DNA from: Verrucomicrobiota bacterium
GTDB taxonomy: Bacteria > Verrucomicrobiota > Verrucomicrobiia > Limisphaerales > JADLHS01
Assembly (NCBI GenBank): GCA_049840435.1
Contig: JASGKY010000044.1
Span: 131,664-195,663 of the forward strand
Direction of reading: 5' to 3'
Length of the DNA stretch: 64,000 bases
In this document: positions 41,708-51,844 of the stretch, in pieces
Layout: the number at the start of each line of letters is the position of its first letter
Position numbering within the stretch: position 1 is the stretch's first letter
Translations under genes and position numbers: made by a program
Notes under the pieces: generated by a model
Database searches by the model: none
The model's input: only the letters and a program-made list of their open reading frames with translations
What the model was told of the DNA's origin: nothing

Positions 41708-42141
41708 GGGTTGGGTTTGGGCGCGGAAATAATGATTTTCGGTTCGGGTTTTGGCGGGGGGGTGACCTGCACTTCGGTTGGCTCGAAGCGTACAACGGTG
41801 ATGCCGTTGGGGACTGCAACGTCCAAGTGCTGGCGAAAACTTTGCGTGAGGTCAGCGGAGGTGAGATCGGCGAACACGCGGATTTCGCGTTCGACCAGAC
41901 GTCCGACGGCGCCGGGACGGCCTTTGATCGTGACGTTTACAGTGGCGGGTTCGATCCGAAAGGTGCGCACGTCGGCCGTGCCGGAGACAATCTTGACCTC
42001 CAGATTGATGAACATCCGTTCCGTCTGGCCTTGCTCGGCGCTGAGGGCTTTGATCGTGAGCCAGATGACGATGGCGAGTGCCAGTGAAAGCAATTTCCAG
42101 CCGAAATTACGAAAGAGCAAGTTGCGCGAAAGGTCGGCCAT
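41704..42141 (-). CDS. cdaR: YbbR-domain CdaA regulator
   Basis: NFGWKLLSLALAIVIW N-terminal TM and a single YbbR-like domain; lies between cdaA and glmM. Confidence 0.85.
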   Translation of the reverse strand: MADLSRNLLFRNFGWKLLSLALAIVIWLTIKALSAEQGQTERMFINLEVKIVSGTADVRTFRIEPATVNVTIKGRPGAVGRLVEREIRVFADLTSADLTQSFRQHLDVAVPNGITVVRFEPTEVQVTPPPKPEPKIIISAPKPNP

Positions 42142-42143
42142 GT

Positions 42144-43010
42144 TTATTTGCCCCCCCCTTGAGAAGTGGAACGGGTTTCGGTGCGGGTAATGACAGCAGT
42201 ATCGGATTTGTGCGTTTCGTTTGGGCGCAGCCGTAACCAGCCGAGTACACCGCGGGCGCGGGTGGGCCGGACAATCACTGAGGTTAGAAACGAGCGTAAT
42301 TCTTCGATGCTGATGCCGCGGACCAGCTGCCCTTTGTAGGCGTAGGAAATCGCGCCACTTTCCTCGGACACCACAACGATTGGCGCGTCGGTTTCTTCAC
42401 TCAGTCCCAGCGCGGCGCGATGGCGGGTGCCGAGAGATTTGTTCAAGTCTGAGCGTTGCGTAAGCGGAAAGATGCACGCGGCGTAAGCGATCCGGTCCCC
42501 CTTGAGGATCACCCCGCCGTCGTGGATGGCGTTGTTGGGGAAGAAAATCGTTTCGAGCATTTCGGGCGTAGCTTCGCAATCAATCACGATGCCCGATTCG
42601 ACCGCTTCGTAGAGCTGGATGGATTGCTCGATGGCGATGAGGGCGCCGATGCGGACTTCGGCGAGGCGTTCGCAGGTGCCGACGACGACTTCGATGTTTT
42701 CCCGTTGCTCGCGGACGGTGGAGAAGAGGGGGAGATTACCGAGTTCACCCAACATGCGGCGGATTTCCGGTTGGAAAATGATGACCGCGCCGAGGATGAG
42801 CACGAACGAAGCATTGCCCAGCAGCCAGCTTAAGACTTCGAGTTTCAGGAGCGCGGCCGCGAGCGTCGTGGCGAGCAGCAGGATAGTGAACCCGATCACC
42901 ACCGGCCAACCCCGGGTGCCCCGGACGAAGCGTGTGGCCAGATAGATGCCCGCCGCGAGGATGGAAATTTCCAGCGCGGGCCGCCAAACGTCCTGAATGA
43001 GCTGCCACAT
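42144..43010 (-). CDS. cdaA: Diadenylate cyclase
   Basis: Three N-terminal TMs, FQPEIRR, GALIAIE, HDGGV, GTRHRAALG, VSEESG. Confidence 0.95.
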   Translation of the reverse strand: MWQLIQDVWRPALEISILAAGIYLATRFVRGTRGWPVVIGFTILLLATTLAAALLKLEVLSWLLGNASFVLILGAVIIFQPEIRRMLGELGNLPLFSTVREQRENIEVVVGTCERLAEVRIGALIAIEQSIQLYEAVESGIVIDCEATPEMLETIFFPNNAIHDGGVILKGDRIAYAACIFPLTQRSDLNKSLGTRHRAALGLSEETDAPIVVVSEESGAISYAYKGQLVRGISIEELRSFLTSVIVRPTRARGVLGWLRLRPNETHKSDTAVITRTETRSTSQGGGK

Positions 43011-43849
43011 TATTTCTGTTGATCCAAAATTGCTTCCGTCACGCGGATGGCTTGGACGGTTTCGATCACGTCATGTGTCCGAATTATTTGCACTCCGGCG
43101 GTTATTGCCAGACACGCACACGCCAGCGAGCCGGGTAATCGCTCCGCTATATTCGCCCCGGTGAGCGCTCCGATGAAGGATTTGCGCGAAACTCCCAGCA
43201 ACACCGGGCGCTCCAGCGTTGTAAAACTCCGCAACGCGCTGAGCAACTGCAAATTGTGTTCCAGTGTCTTGCCGAATCCAATGCCGACGTCGAACACCAC
43301 TTGGTCCGCGCTGACACCAGCCGCGTTCAATCGTTCCATCCGGTCGCAAAAAAACACTTTCACTTCGGCGACGACGTCATCATAGACCGGGCGCGCCTGC
43401 ATTGTCTGCGGCAAGCCTTGCATGTGCATGGCTACATAGCCAGCCCCGGTTTCCGCGACGAGCTGCCACATGGCTTCGTCTTCGCGGTTTGCGGCGATGT
43501 CGTTCACAATGCTTGCTCCGGCGGCCAGCGCGGCCCGGGCCACGGCGGGCTTCATTGTATCAATCGAAAGCGGCACCTGCGTGCGCGCGACCAATCCTTC
43601 GATGACCGGGATGACGCGGTCTAATTCTTCCCGTTCGCTCACCGGAGCCGCGCCAGGGCGCGTGGATTCACCGCCGATGTCGAGGATGGCCGCACCTTGC
43701 TGTGCTAAATCCAGCCCGTGCGACACCGCTGCATCCGTGTCACAGAACCGACCGCCATCGGAAAACGAGTCCGGGGTGATATTCACGATACCCATGACGA
43801 GTGTAGGGCGTGGAAACCGGAATTCAAATTGGCGGGCGCGGAATAGCAT
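43010..43849 (-). CDS. folP: Dihydropteroate synthase
   Basis: MGIVNITPDSFSDGG, DIGGESTRPG, SIDT, GIGFGK, GVSRKSFIG, RTHDV. Confidence 0.97.
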   Translation of the reverse strand: MLFRARQFEFRFPRPTLVMGIVNITPDSFSDGGRFCDTDAAVSHGLDLAQQGAAILDIGGESTRPGAAPVSEREELDRVIPVIEGLVARTQVPLSIDTMKPAVARAALAAGASIVNDIAANREDEAMWQLVAETGAGYVAMHMQGLPQTMQARPVYDDVVAEVKVFFCDRMERLNAAGVSADQVVFDVGIGFGKTLEHNLQLLSALRSFTTLERPVLLGVSRKSFIGALTGANIAERLPGSLACACLAITAGVQIIRTHDVIETVQAIRVTEAILDQQK

Positions 43850-43896
43850 TTAGGGCAACCAAGAACACAGACTGATGAGCACGCATGTAAACCAAT

Positions 43897-44284
43897 TTAC
43901 TTTTTCCGTTCGATAAGTTCGATCTCATACCCCTCCGGCGCGTCAATGAACGCGAAGACCGTGCCGGTTGAAGTCGTCGTGGGTTCGTCGGAGTATTTCA
44001 TCCCGTGCTTGGCGAGGTGTTTCTCAAATTCCGCCAGACTATCCACCTCAAACGCCAGATGTGTCAGATCAGCTTGGACCTGCACGGATTCACTGCCCGG
44101 GAAATGGCACAGTTCGATCAACTCCTCGCTTTCCGAGGCTTTCATGAACACCAGTTCCGAACCGCGCCGGGGATTTGTGGCGTTTGACCTCCAACAAACC
44201 AAGAATGTCGCGATAGAATTTTACCGTGCGTTCGAGGTCGTTTATCCGGTAGCGGGTATGCAAAAGCTTTCTGGCCAGACTCAT
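43897..44284 (-). CDS. VOC/glyoxalase I family protein, frameshifted near 44170
   Basis: LLHTRYRINDLERTVKFYRDILG in one frame; HLAFEVD..FAFIDAPEGYEIELIE in the next. Confidence 0.88.
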
Positions 44285-44388
44285 GATCACAGGATAGCGG
44301 GAAGTACTGAGCGCGAAAAGCTGGTTTTCCGGCGGGATTTCCCGTTGCGCCAAACGGTGGCTGTCTCTAGTCTCGGCCAGTCATTCTC

Positions 44389-46017
44389 ATGAAGCGCGCG
44401 TTGCTTGGAACGAAAAGGAAGAAGGCCACTCCGGCCCGGAAGCCTGTTTCCAAACGCCCGAAACCGGGAAAAAAATCCCCGCTTGCCAGAAGCAAGGCCA
44501 AAAAGTCCCTGCCAGTTCGGAAGTCGCCCGCGAAGACCGCCAAGGCCAAGAGCGTTCCGCTGCAGATGGCAAAAGACAAAGCCGCTATCCCTAAACGTCA
44601 GGCTATTTCTAAGCCCAAGGCGGCCACGCCGGCTGCCGCTCGAAAACTGAAACGTGCGGTTGCGACGCAAGCAACGGCTGTCTCTCCCGCGGGCGCGTCT
44701 GCAAAACCGCGGCCTCAATCGAAGATTGCCCGCAAAACCCGCCACAAGCCCGCACCCGCAGTGGTTTTTACGGTCGAAGCCGACGAGGAACTCGCCATGC
44801 CTGCAACTGTTTTGCCACAACCTCGAGTAGCTGATCGTAAGGCTGCTCGAAATCCCGTGCCCCAAAAACAGCATCAGACGACGGCGGCACCACTGATTGC
44901 CGTTCCATCCTTCTTGCTCGAAGGCGATGAGCCTAGTCATCCGGAAGTTGGCGGTCCGGGGGAAAAATTTTCCCTTGGTCCAACCGTTTCCTTGGAGCAC
45001 CTCAGTGAAGCCATCGCGCCGTTACCCGAGGCGTACGGCACGGGGAAACTTTTTCTCACGGCCCGCGACCCGCACTGGCTTTATGCGCATTGGGATTTCA
45101 CGCGCGAGGAACAGTTCCGCCACAATGCGCGCTCAGAGGATCGCCATCTGGTCTTGCGGGTTCATCCAGTCGCGCCTGCCGCGAAGCCGGTGGCGGAATA
45201 TCACGTTCATCCCGAATCGAAGCATTGGTTCGTCCATGTCGAGCGCGCCGGCGAGACTTACACGACCGAACTCGGTTACTATCAGCCGGGCCGCAAATGG
45301 CAGTCGCTGGCGTTCTCTACGCCGCAGCGCACGCCGCCCGACAACATCTCCACCGACTCGACGGTGAAGTTCGCTACCATTCCGGCGGAACTTTCGTTTG
45401 AGACCATGCTCGGTTTGCTAAAAGAGACCGCAGGCGAATCTGTGGCGACGAGCACACCGTTGGCGCATGTCGTGGATCAGATCCGCCCCCGCGCCCGGGA
45501 ACACTTTCCGAAAACCACCGCCGCTGGCGGCGACTGGACCTCGGAACAAGAGCAGGCGTTAGCAGGCGTGCTTGCCGCGGATCAGGCCGGGGTGGCATTG
45601 CCCAGTTCGGAGGAATTTGTTGCGGAGAAATCCTGGCCGGAGTTCGCTTTCAACTTTGAAACCGGCGAAGCCGCCCCGCTTTCCGCGCCCACATCTTACG
45701 TCTCCTCGTTCTTTGGTGGCGAAGAGTCGAAGGATTTTTGGTTCAACATCAACGCCGAGCTGGTGATTTATGGCACGACCGAGCCCAACGCCACCGTCAC
45801 GTTCGCCGGGAAACGGGTTCAACTGCGGTCCGACGGTTCGTTCCGCTTTCATTTTGCCTTACCAGACGGTCAATTTGAACTGCCCGTCACGGCTGTTTCT
45901 GCCGACGGCACCGATGGGCGCGCGGCAGAGCTAAAGTTCCTGCGGGGCACGGAGGTTCGCGGTGATGTCGCAGCTGCACCCGCTGATCCAGCGTTAAAAC
46001 CGCCCCCCGGCGCCTGA
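44389..46017 (+). CDS. DUF4912 domain protein with Lys/Ala/Pro-rich N-terminus
   Basis: LPEAYG...LTARDPHWLYAHWD; ELGYY; FWFNINAELVIYGTTEP.A.V...DGSFRF; upstream of GH57. Confidence 0.85.
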   Translation: MKRALLGTKRKKATPARKPVSKRPKPGKKSPLARSKAKKSLPVRKSPAKTAKAKSVPLQMAKDKAAIPKRQAISKPKAATPAAARKLKRAVATQATAVSPAGASAKPRPQSKIARKTRHKPAPAVVFTVEADEELAMPATVLPQPRVADRKAARNPVPQKQHQTTAAPLIAVPSFLLEGDEPSHPEVGGPGEKFSLGPTVSLEHLSEAIAPLPEAYGTGKLFLTARDPHWLYAHWDFTREEQFRHNARSEDRHLVLRVHPVAPAAKPVAEYHVHPESKHWFVHVERAGETYTTELGYYQPGRKWQSLAFSTPQRTPPDNISTDSTVKFATIPAELSFETMLGLLKETAGESVATSTPLAHVVDQIRPRAREHFPKTTAAGGDWTSEQEQALAGVLAADQAGVALPSSEEFVAEKSWPEFAFNFETGEAAPLSAPTSYVSSFFGGEESKDFWFNINAELVIYGTTEPNATVTFAGKRVQLRSDGSFRFHFALPDGQFELPVTAVSADGTDGRAAELKFLRGTEVRGDVAAAPADPALKPPPGA

Positions 46018-46032
46018 AGTTCCCGCACGTTA

Positions 46033-46130
46033 GTTCTTCTCTTAAACTTAAGCTTCGTCTTAATCTTAAGCGCAGTTACAGCCGACAAAGCACAGCCGAG
46101 TAAGTTTAAGGAAAAGATCAAGATCACGAC
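46033..46130. repeat. Inverted pair of degenerate hexamer arrays
   Basis: gttctt ctctta aactta agcttc gtctta atctta ... gagtaa gtttaa ggaaaa gatcaa gatcac; CTTAAACTTA (46041-50) is the exact reverse complement of TAAGTTTAAG (46101-10). Confidence 0.7.
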
Positions 46131-46138
46131 CTGAACCA

Positions 46139-47712
46139 ATGAGCGGTTACCTTGCCATCATCCTTCATGCGCATCTGCCGTTCGTGCGACATCCCGAGCA
46201 CGAAAAATTTCTGGAGGAAAGTTGGCTCTTTGAGGCCATCACCGAGACCTATTTGCCGCTGTTGCAAGTCATGAACGGCTGGCAACGCGACGACATGAAT
46301 GCGCGCCTGACGATGACACTGTCGCCGACGTTGTGCGCGATGCTGCGGGATCCGTTGTTACAGCAACGCTACGCCAAGCATCTTGACGATCTCATCGTGC
46401 TTGCCGACAAGGAACTCAGTCGCACGCATTGGGAGCCGCGATTTCAGGAGCTGGCGAAGATGTATCACACCCGCCTCACCGCCACGCGCCTGTTCTATCA
46501 ACAACTCGGAGGCGACATCATCGGTAAGTTTCGCCGCTTGCAGGATTTTGGCCTGCTCGAAATCATCACCACCGGCGCGACGCACGGGTTGCTGCCATTG
46601 ATGGCGAATCACCCGCCGTCCGTCCGTGCGCAGATCCTCATCGCCCGCGATCAATATCGTGAGTGCTTCGGTTGCGATCCGCGCGGCATCTGGTTGCCAG
46701 AGTGCGCCTATTTCGATGGCGTGGAGGCTTATTTGCAGGAGGCCAACATCCGTTGGTTCATTGTGGATTCGCATGGCTTGCTGCACGCGCATCCGCGTCC
46801 GCGCTACGGCGTGTTCGCGCCGGTGTTCACGCCGAACGGCATCGCGGTGTTTGGACGCGACATGGAATCGTCGCGCCAAGTCTGGAGCCGCACCGAAGGT
46901 TATCCTGGCGATGTGCGGTATCGCGATTTCTATCGCGACATCGGGTTCGACTTGGATTTTGATTACGTGAAGCCGCATTTGCCGTCGCCGGAGCATCGTG
47001 GTTTCACTGGCCTCAAATATTACCAGATCACGGGTGGTGATGCGCCCAAGCAGCCCTATGAACCCGCCACGGCTGCCGAAGCCGTTGCCGCGCATGCGGC
47101 GCACTTCCTCAAATCCCGCGTCGAGCAAGTTCAGGAACTGGGGGCCATTCTGGATCGCCCGCCGCTCGTCATCTCGCCCTACGATGCCGAGCTATTTGGC
47201 CATTGGTGGTATGAAGGTCCGGAGTTCCTTGATGTCTTCGTGCGCAGGGCGTATCACGATCAAAAGGCCTTCGAGCTGATCACGCCCGAACAATATCTCC
47301 GTCGCCATCCGACGAACCAGATCGCCACGCCGGCCGCGTCGAGCTGGGGAGAGGAGGGTTACTATCGGGTCTGGCTCAACGAGAAGAACGAGTGGATCTA
47401 TCGTCACCTGCAAATCGCGCAGGAACGCATGACTGAGCTGGTGAAGAAATTTTCCAAACCTGATGCGCTTCAGGAACGTGGTTTAAAGCAGGCCGCACGC
47501 GAACTCCTCCTCGCGCAGGCTAGCGACTGGCCGTTCATCCTCCGTACCAACCGAGTCCTGACTACGCCCGCAAGCGGGTCAAAGCCCACCTACTCCGCTT
47601 TAACGGACTCTATCATCAACTCACCACCGGAAAGATTGACGAGAAGTGGCTTGCGGTAATTGAGGCCCGCGACAATCTTTTCGCCGACGTGAACGTGAGT
47701 TATTGGGCCTAG
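46139..47712 (+). CDS. GH57 1,4-alpha-glucan branching enzyme (DUF1957), frameshift near 47550
   Basis: LHAHLPFVRH, EAITETYLP, GIWLPECAY, YDAELFGHWWYEG, LLAQASDWPF. Shifted frame continues DYARKRVKAHLLRF...DNLF to TAG at 47712. Confidence 0.92.
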
Positions 47713-47775
47713 CGCAGAGCACGGGTGGTCGGCGGAGCGTCCCCCCGGAGTCTTATGCTGCGAATGCGTTCCCGG

Positions 47776-49095
47776 TTAAATCACCGTGTTGTCCGGAATG
47801 GAAGCGCCCTTGGGAATGACCACGATGCCGTCGCGGATGAAATACAGCGGATGATCCACGTTCTCTGGCTTGCCCACGGGTGAGATGACGACGTTGTTGC
47901 CGATGCGGGCGTTCTTATCAATGATGGCGTTCTCGATCTTGCAGTTTGTCCCGATGCCGACGCGGGGTTTGCCGGCGCGTTCGTGTTCGGTAATGGATTC
48001 CTTGGATTCGAAATAATCACAACCCAGCGCTACAACCCGGTTCAGTTGCGTGCCGGCCCCAACGATCATGCGCAGGCCGATGATGCTGTTGCTGATCTTG
48101 GAGGGGTTGATGATGCAGCCGTCTGAGATGACCGCGTGATCAATCTGTGCGCCGTTGAGCTTCGATCCGGGTAGAAAACGCGGGCGGCTGAAGATTGGCG
48201 CGCTCATGTCGAAGAAATTGAACTTGGGCAATTCTGCCGCCATATCGAGATTCGATTCGAAGAAAGCGCGGATTGTGCCGATGTCCTCCCAGTAACCTTG
48301 ATAGATATGCGAGCAGACACGGTGCGTCTCGATGGAGCGCGGGATGATGTGCTTGCCGAAGTCGGTCAAATCGTTGTCCAGCATCTTGCGGACGACTTCG
48401 CGGTTGAAGACGTAGATGCCCATCGAGGCGAGGAAACATTCTTCGCTGCCTTCAATCTCAAGTTTGGAATACCAATCTTGCGGGAGGCGCAACGAATCCT
48501 GCACGGCGGTTTCCTTGGGTTTCTCGACAAAGCGGATGATGCGGCGGTCTTCGGCAATCTGCAGGATGCCCAGCGCGGCGGCTTCTTTGCGCGGTACGGG
48601 AATCGTGGCAATGCTCACGTCGGCGCCGGTTTCGCGATGCTCGGCGATCATGCGCCGGAAATCCATGCGATACAATTGATCGCCACTCAGGATGAGCAGG
48701 TATTCGAAGTCGTGATCAAGGAAGTGAATGAGATTTTTGCGCACGGCGTCCGCTGTGCCTTCGTACCACGACGTGTCGGCGAAGGTCTGTTGAGCCGCGA
48801 GGATTTCTACGAACCCGCTGGAGAATTGGTCGAACTTGTAGGACTGCGAGATGTGGCGATGCAGCGACGTGGAGTTGAACTGGGTCAGCACGTAGATGCG
48901 GCGAAAGCCCGAGTTGATGCAGTTGGAGATCGGCACATCCACGATGCGATACTTGCCCGCGAAAGGGACGGCTGGTTTGGCGCGATCCTTCGTCAGCGGA
49001 AACAACCGGGTCCCCTGCCCGCCACCCATGATGACGCAAAGAACGTTGCTAGTGTTGAGGGATTGGCGGGTGATGCGACTGGTGTTGGATGACAT
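47776..49095 (-). CDS. glgC: Glucose-1-phosphate adenylyltransferase
   Basis: GGGQGTRLFPLTKDRAKPAVP, WYEGTADAVR, LSGDQLY, FVEKP, ASMGIY, YWEDIGT. Confidence 0.97.
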   Translation of the reverse strand: MSSNTSRITRQSLNTSNVLCVIMGGGQGTRLFPLTKDRAKPAVPFAGKYRIVDVPISNCINSGFRRIYVLTQFNSTSLHRHISQSYKFDQFSSGFVEILAAQQTFADTSWYEGTADAVRKNLIHFLDHDFEYLLILSGDQLYRMDFRRMIAEHRETGADVSIATIPVPRKEAAALGILQIAEDRRIIRFVEKPKETAVQDSLRLPQDWYSKLEIEGSEECFLASMGIYVFNREVVRKMLDNDLTDFGKHIIPRSIETHRVCSHIYQGYWEDIGTIRAFFESNLDMAAELPKFNFFDMSAPIFSRPRFLPGSKLNGAQIDHAVISDGCIINPSKISNSIIGLRMIVGAGTQLNRVVALGCDYFESKESITEHERAGKPRVGIGTNCKIENAIIDKNARIGNNVVISPVGKPENVDHPLYFIRDGIVVIPKGASIPDNTVI

Positions 49096-49232
49096 AACAG
49101 TTGGTGCCTGTTGCGGTTCGGTTGGATGCTAGGACAGTCGTCCGACGCGCTGCAAGCTTCAAGCGACATCTCTTCCTCCCCCGAAGAGGTGACAGGCTCG
49201 ACAAACAGCGCTCGGCCTCTATGCTGCTGACG

Positions 49233-49841
49233 ATGGCATTTGAATCCGATTCCCCGCTCGATCAACTCTGGAAAAGTTATGGGCGCGTCTTTCAGGATTT
49301 TGACGATCACACGCTGGGTCGGTGGCTGGCGCAAACCCTCGGCCAGCTTGAGGGCAAATCGTGGCGACTCTCCCATCCGCTCGTCGGAGCGTATCGGCTC
49401 GGTGCGCAGCTCGGGCACGAACGCCAGATCTGGCACAAGCGCATGGCTACGCCGCCCGCGGCGTATTGCGAATCCCCCTGTTGCCGCGCGCCCATGCTGC
49501 CGTTGCTGACCCGCGATGTGCGGGAATCCGGTCTCATTTGTCAGCATTGCAACGAAACGCTCGTGCCCTTCAGTGAGCTGCCGGCGGAAATCTCCGGCGC
49601 ACTCGGTGATTGGGCTGCAGATTATGAGCCCATCCATGCCGTGGCTCATTGGGATGACCGCCAGCGCCGCGGTCCAGGTAACTACGACCGGGCCTACGAA
49701 AACGCTGCGCAACAAGCCGAGCAAATGCTCGCCCGTGCTGGCTCGGACCTTGCGCCCAAGTTGCTGGAATTTTATGCCGCCATCATTTGGGAGGATCAGG
49801 ACGAATGCCTCGAGGTTCGACCAGAAGATGTTCGGATGTAA
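49233..49841 (+). CDS. Hypothetical protein with putative Zn-ribbon
   Basis: Long ORF with typical codon usage; 'SPCCRAP...LICQHC' Cys pattern. Confidence 0.7.
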   Translation: MAFESDSPLDQLWKSYGRVFQDFDDHTLGRWLAQTLGQLEGKSWRLSHPLVGAYRLGAQLGHERQIWHKRMATPPAAYCESPCCRAPMLPLLTRDVRESGLICQHCNETLVPFSELPAEISGALGDWAADYEPIHAVAHWDDRQRRGPGNYDRAYENAAQQAEQMLARAGSDLAPKLLEFYAAIIWEDQDECLEVRPEDVRM

Positions 49842-49942
49842 TCCAACAGCGCGGCTAAGAGTTTGCTTTTCTTCCCCGTAGCACCGTGCTAATCAAGCTG
49901 GTGCGAGCCATTTGGCCCGAACCCTCAACCCCTGTTGCATCT

Positions 49943-50617
49943 ATGAAAATTGATCGTCTGTTCAAGTTTGCTGCTGCGCTTTTGTTTGCTGGTTTGCTGA
50001 CCAGCTTTACCGGTTGCGCCAAACGCGGTTATCATACCGGCGAACGTACGGCTACCAACCTTCAGGCTATGGCCACAAAAGTTGAAATGGCCGGTCGCCA
50101 GATGGACATCGCCGTCACCGAACTCGACAGCCTCGTCAACAGTCCACAACCCGATCTGCGGCCACAGTTCGATCGGTTCTCCGCGGCCGTCGGCCAGTTA
50201 AGCACGCTGGCTACCAATCTCGCCAAGGCGGGGACCGAGCTTCAATCCCGCAGCAGATTGCACGCGGAGAGCTGGGATAAGGAGTTGGTCGCCATTCAGA
50301 ACGAGGAAATTCGTGCCAGCGCCAAAGCCCGAAAACAAGAAGTCGCCAGCCGATTTGAAAACGTGCGTGCCGCCTGTCAGTCTGTGCAAACGGCAATCGG
50401 GCCAGTGCAGTCAGACCTGCTCGACGTGCAGCGTTACTTGAACTCCGACCTCACGATGGGTGGTCTGAGTGCCATCAAAGACACCGCTACCCGGGTGGGG
50501 CGTAATGCTGGGCCCGCGCGGGAATCTGTAACCAAACTGGTGACCGAGCTGCGCGGGCTCGGCGTGGCCATGGCGCCGCAGAACAGCGCTGCGCCAGCGC
50601 CAGCTGCGGTGAAATAA
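49943..50617 (+). CDS. Lipoprotein, DUF2959-like helical protein
   Basis: Lipobox FTGC after a hydrophobic stretch; coiled-coil body. Confidence 0.7.
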   Translation: MKIDRLFKFAAALLFAGLLTSFTGCAKRGYHTGERTATNLQAMATKVEMAGRQMDIAVTELDSLVNSPQPDLRPQFDRFSAAVGQLSTLATNLAKAGTELQSRSRLHAESWDKELVAIQNEEIRASAKARKQEVASRFENVRAACQSVQTAIGPVQSDLLDVQRYLNSDLTMGGLSAIKDTATRVGRNAGPARESVTKLVTELRGLGVAMAPQNSAAPAPAAVK

Positions 50618-50656
50618 GCCGGTCCGATCTGAAACGGGAGTGGATGGCCGGTGGGT

Positions 50657-51785
50657 TCAATCCCCTTCGTAGTGTGGATGTACGCGGGTGCCGTGAAGTG
50701 GCGCGGGGCGTAAGTCCACTTCCAGGCCTTTCCAATTCTTGCGCCCGAACTTGTTCAAAAACCCAAGCCGGTAGCGCCAGGACATGCCCCAGAACGGATT
50801 GTTCGTCGGCCAGAATGAAATGAAGTCCAACTTCGCCTCCTTGGCCATCTCGATGGCACGGGCGAGATATTCGGGTTTGTCGTTCCAATTAAAGAGCAGG
50901 TATTTCCATTCCAGCACAGGGTTCGTCAGGCCGCGTGCATTGCGATACGCCGCCATCTGCTTCATCGCGTCGTACGCCTTGTCGAAATGGCCGCGGTGCA
51001 TGTATTTCTCCGACATCTCGTTGGTGATGCCGTGAACTGAAAAAAAGATATGATCAAATGTCAGTGCCGCCTCCCGCTTGGCGTCCGTGTTCAACAGCAC
51101 TCCATTTGTTGAGGTGACGATGCGCATGGCGGGATTTTTCTGTCGCAACATCGCCAGCTCCGGCCCGATTGTGGGAGACAGGAACGGTTCGCCGAGGTTC
51201 AGATAGAACAACTGCCGCATGCCGAGACGTTGGACGAGGTCGCCCATCTTCTCCATTTCGCTGAACGGCATGGTGAGCTGTTTGTTCAGGCGCAAGCCGG
51301 CGGCATTTTCGCGGGCGCATCCGGTGCAATCCACGTTGCACTTGACCGTGTTCTCCAGGAGCATGCCGCGATAGGGCAAGCGCGGCTTGGGTGGCGTGCG
51401 TGGAGATTCCGGTGGCAAGCGTTTCAAGTCGCCGCAGCGGGCGCAGATTGGAATGGGCATTTTACCCTTTGCCAGCTCATCCCGGAAATGCTGCGCCTTG
51501 GGGCCGAAAGAAAACCTCCTCGAACGTGTTCTTCTTCAGATCACCGATCTGACCCAGGCCTTCGTAGTCCTGACAATTGCACGCAACGGTCTGGTCGCTG
51601 TTGATGGTGATGTTGTATTCAGAGACGCCGTCCAACGCGCCGCAGGTGTAACCGCGTCCTGAGACTTTGGCCTGCGCTTCCAGTTTCCAGACCATCAGCT
51701 TGCGATAGAAATCGCTTACGACCCAGTTGAAGCGGCGCTTCGGCGTGGTGCGTTTGCCGTCGGACTTGGGAACAGGAACAGCCAT
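50657..51785 (-). CDS. Radical SAM protein with N-terminal SPASM/twitch domain, frameshift near 51500
   Basis: C..L....ITINSD.TVAC.C.D....IGDL...TFEEVF...C..C, then ENTVKCNVDCTGC (CxxxCxxC), NLGEPF, STNG. Confidence 0.85.
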
Positions 51786-51844
51786 GCTTAAAGTCTCACT
51801 GGCAAAAAATGAGCGGGCAAGTTTCTTTTGCGCGGTAGCGTGGT

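Noticed and set aside
40388..42190. 600-aa plus-strand ORF, and similar long antisense ORFs (22736-23845, 25566-26459, 36671-37726)
   Set aside because: Shadow ORFs opposite well-supported genes in GC-rich DNA, with no recognisable motifs.
49137..49215. SAH-riboswitch-like words (GCGCTGCAA..CAGGCTCG..AAACAGCGCTC)
   Set aside because: The 5' GAGGAGCG core is not matched (GTCCGACGCG), the downstream gene is unrelated to SAH recycling, and the 3' part reads equally well as a sigma70 promoter (TCGACA..TATGCT). An Rfam RF01057 scan would settle it.
51831..51842. ops-like CGCGGTAGCGTG
   Set aside because: On the strand opposite to the flanking genes and not ahead of a polysaccharide operon.
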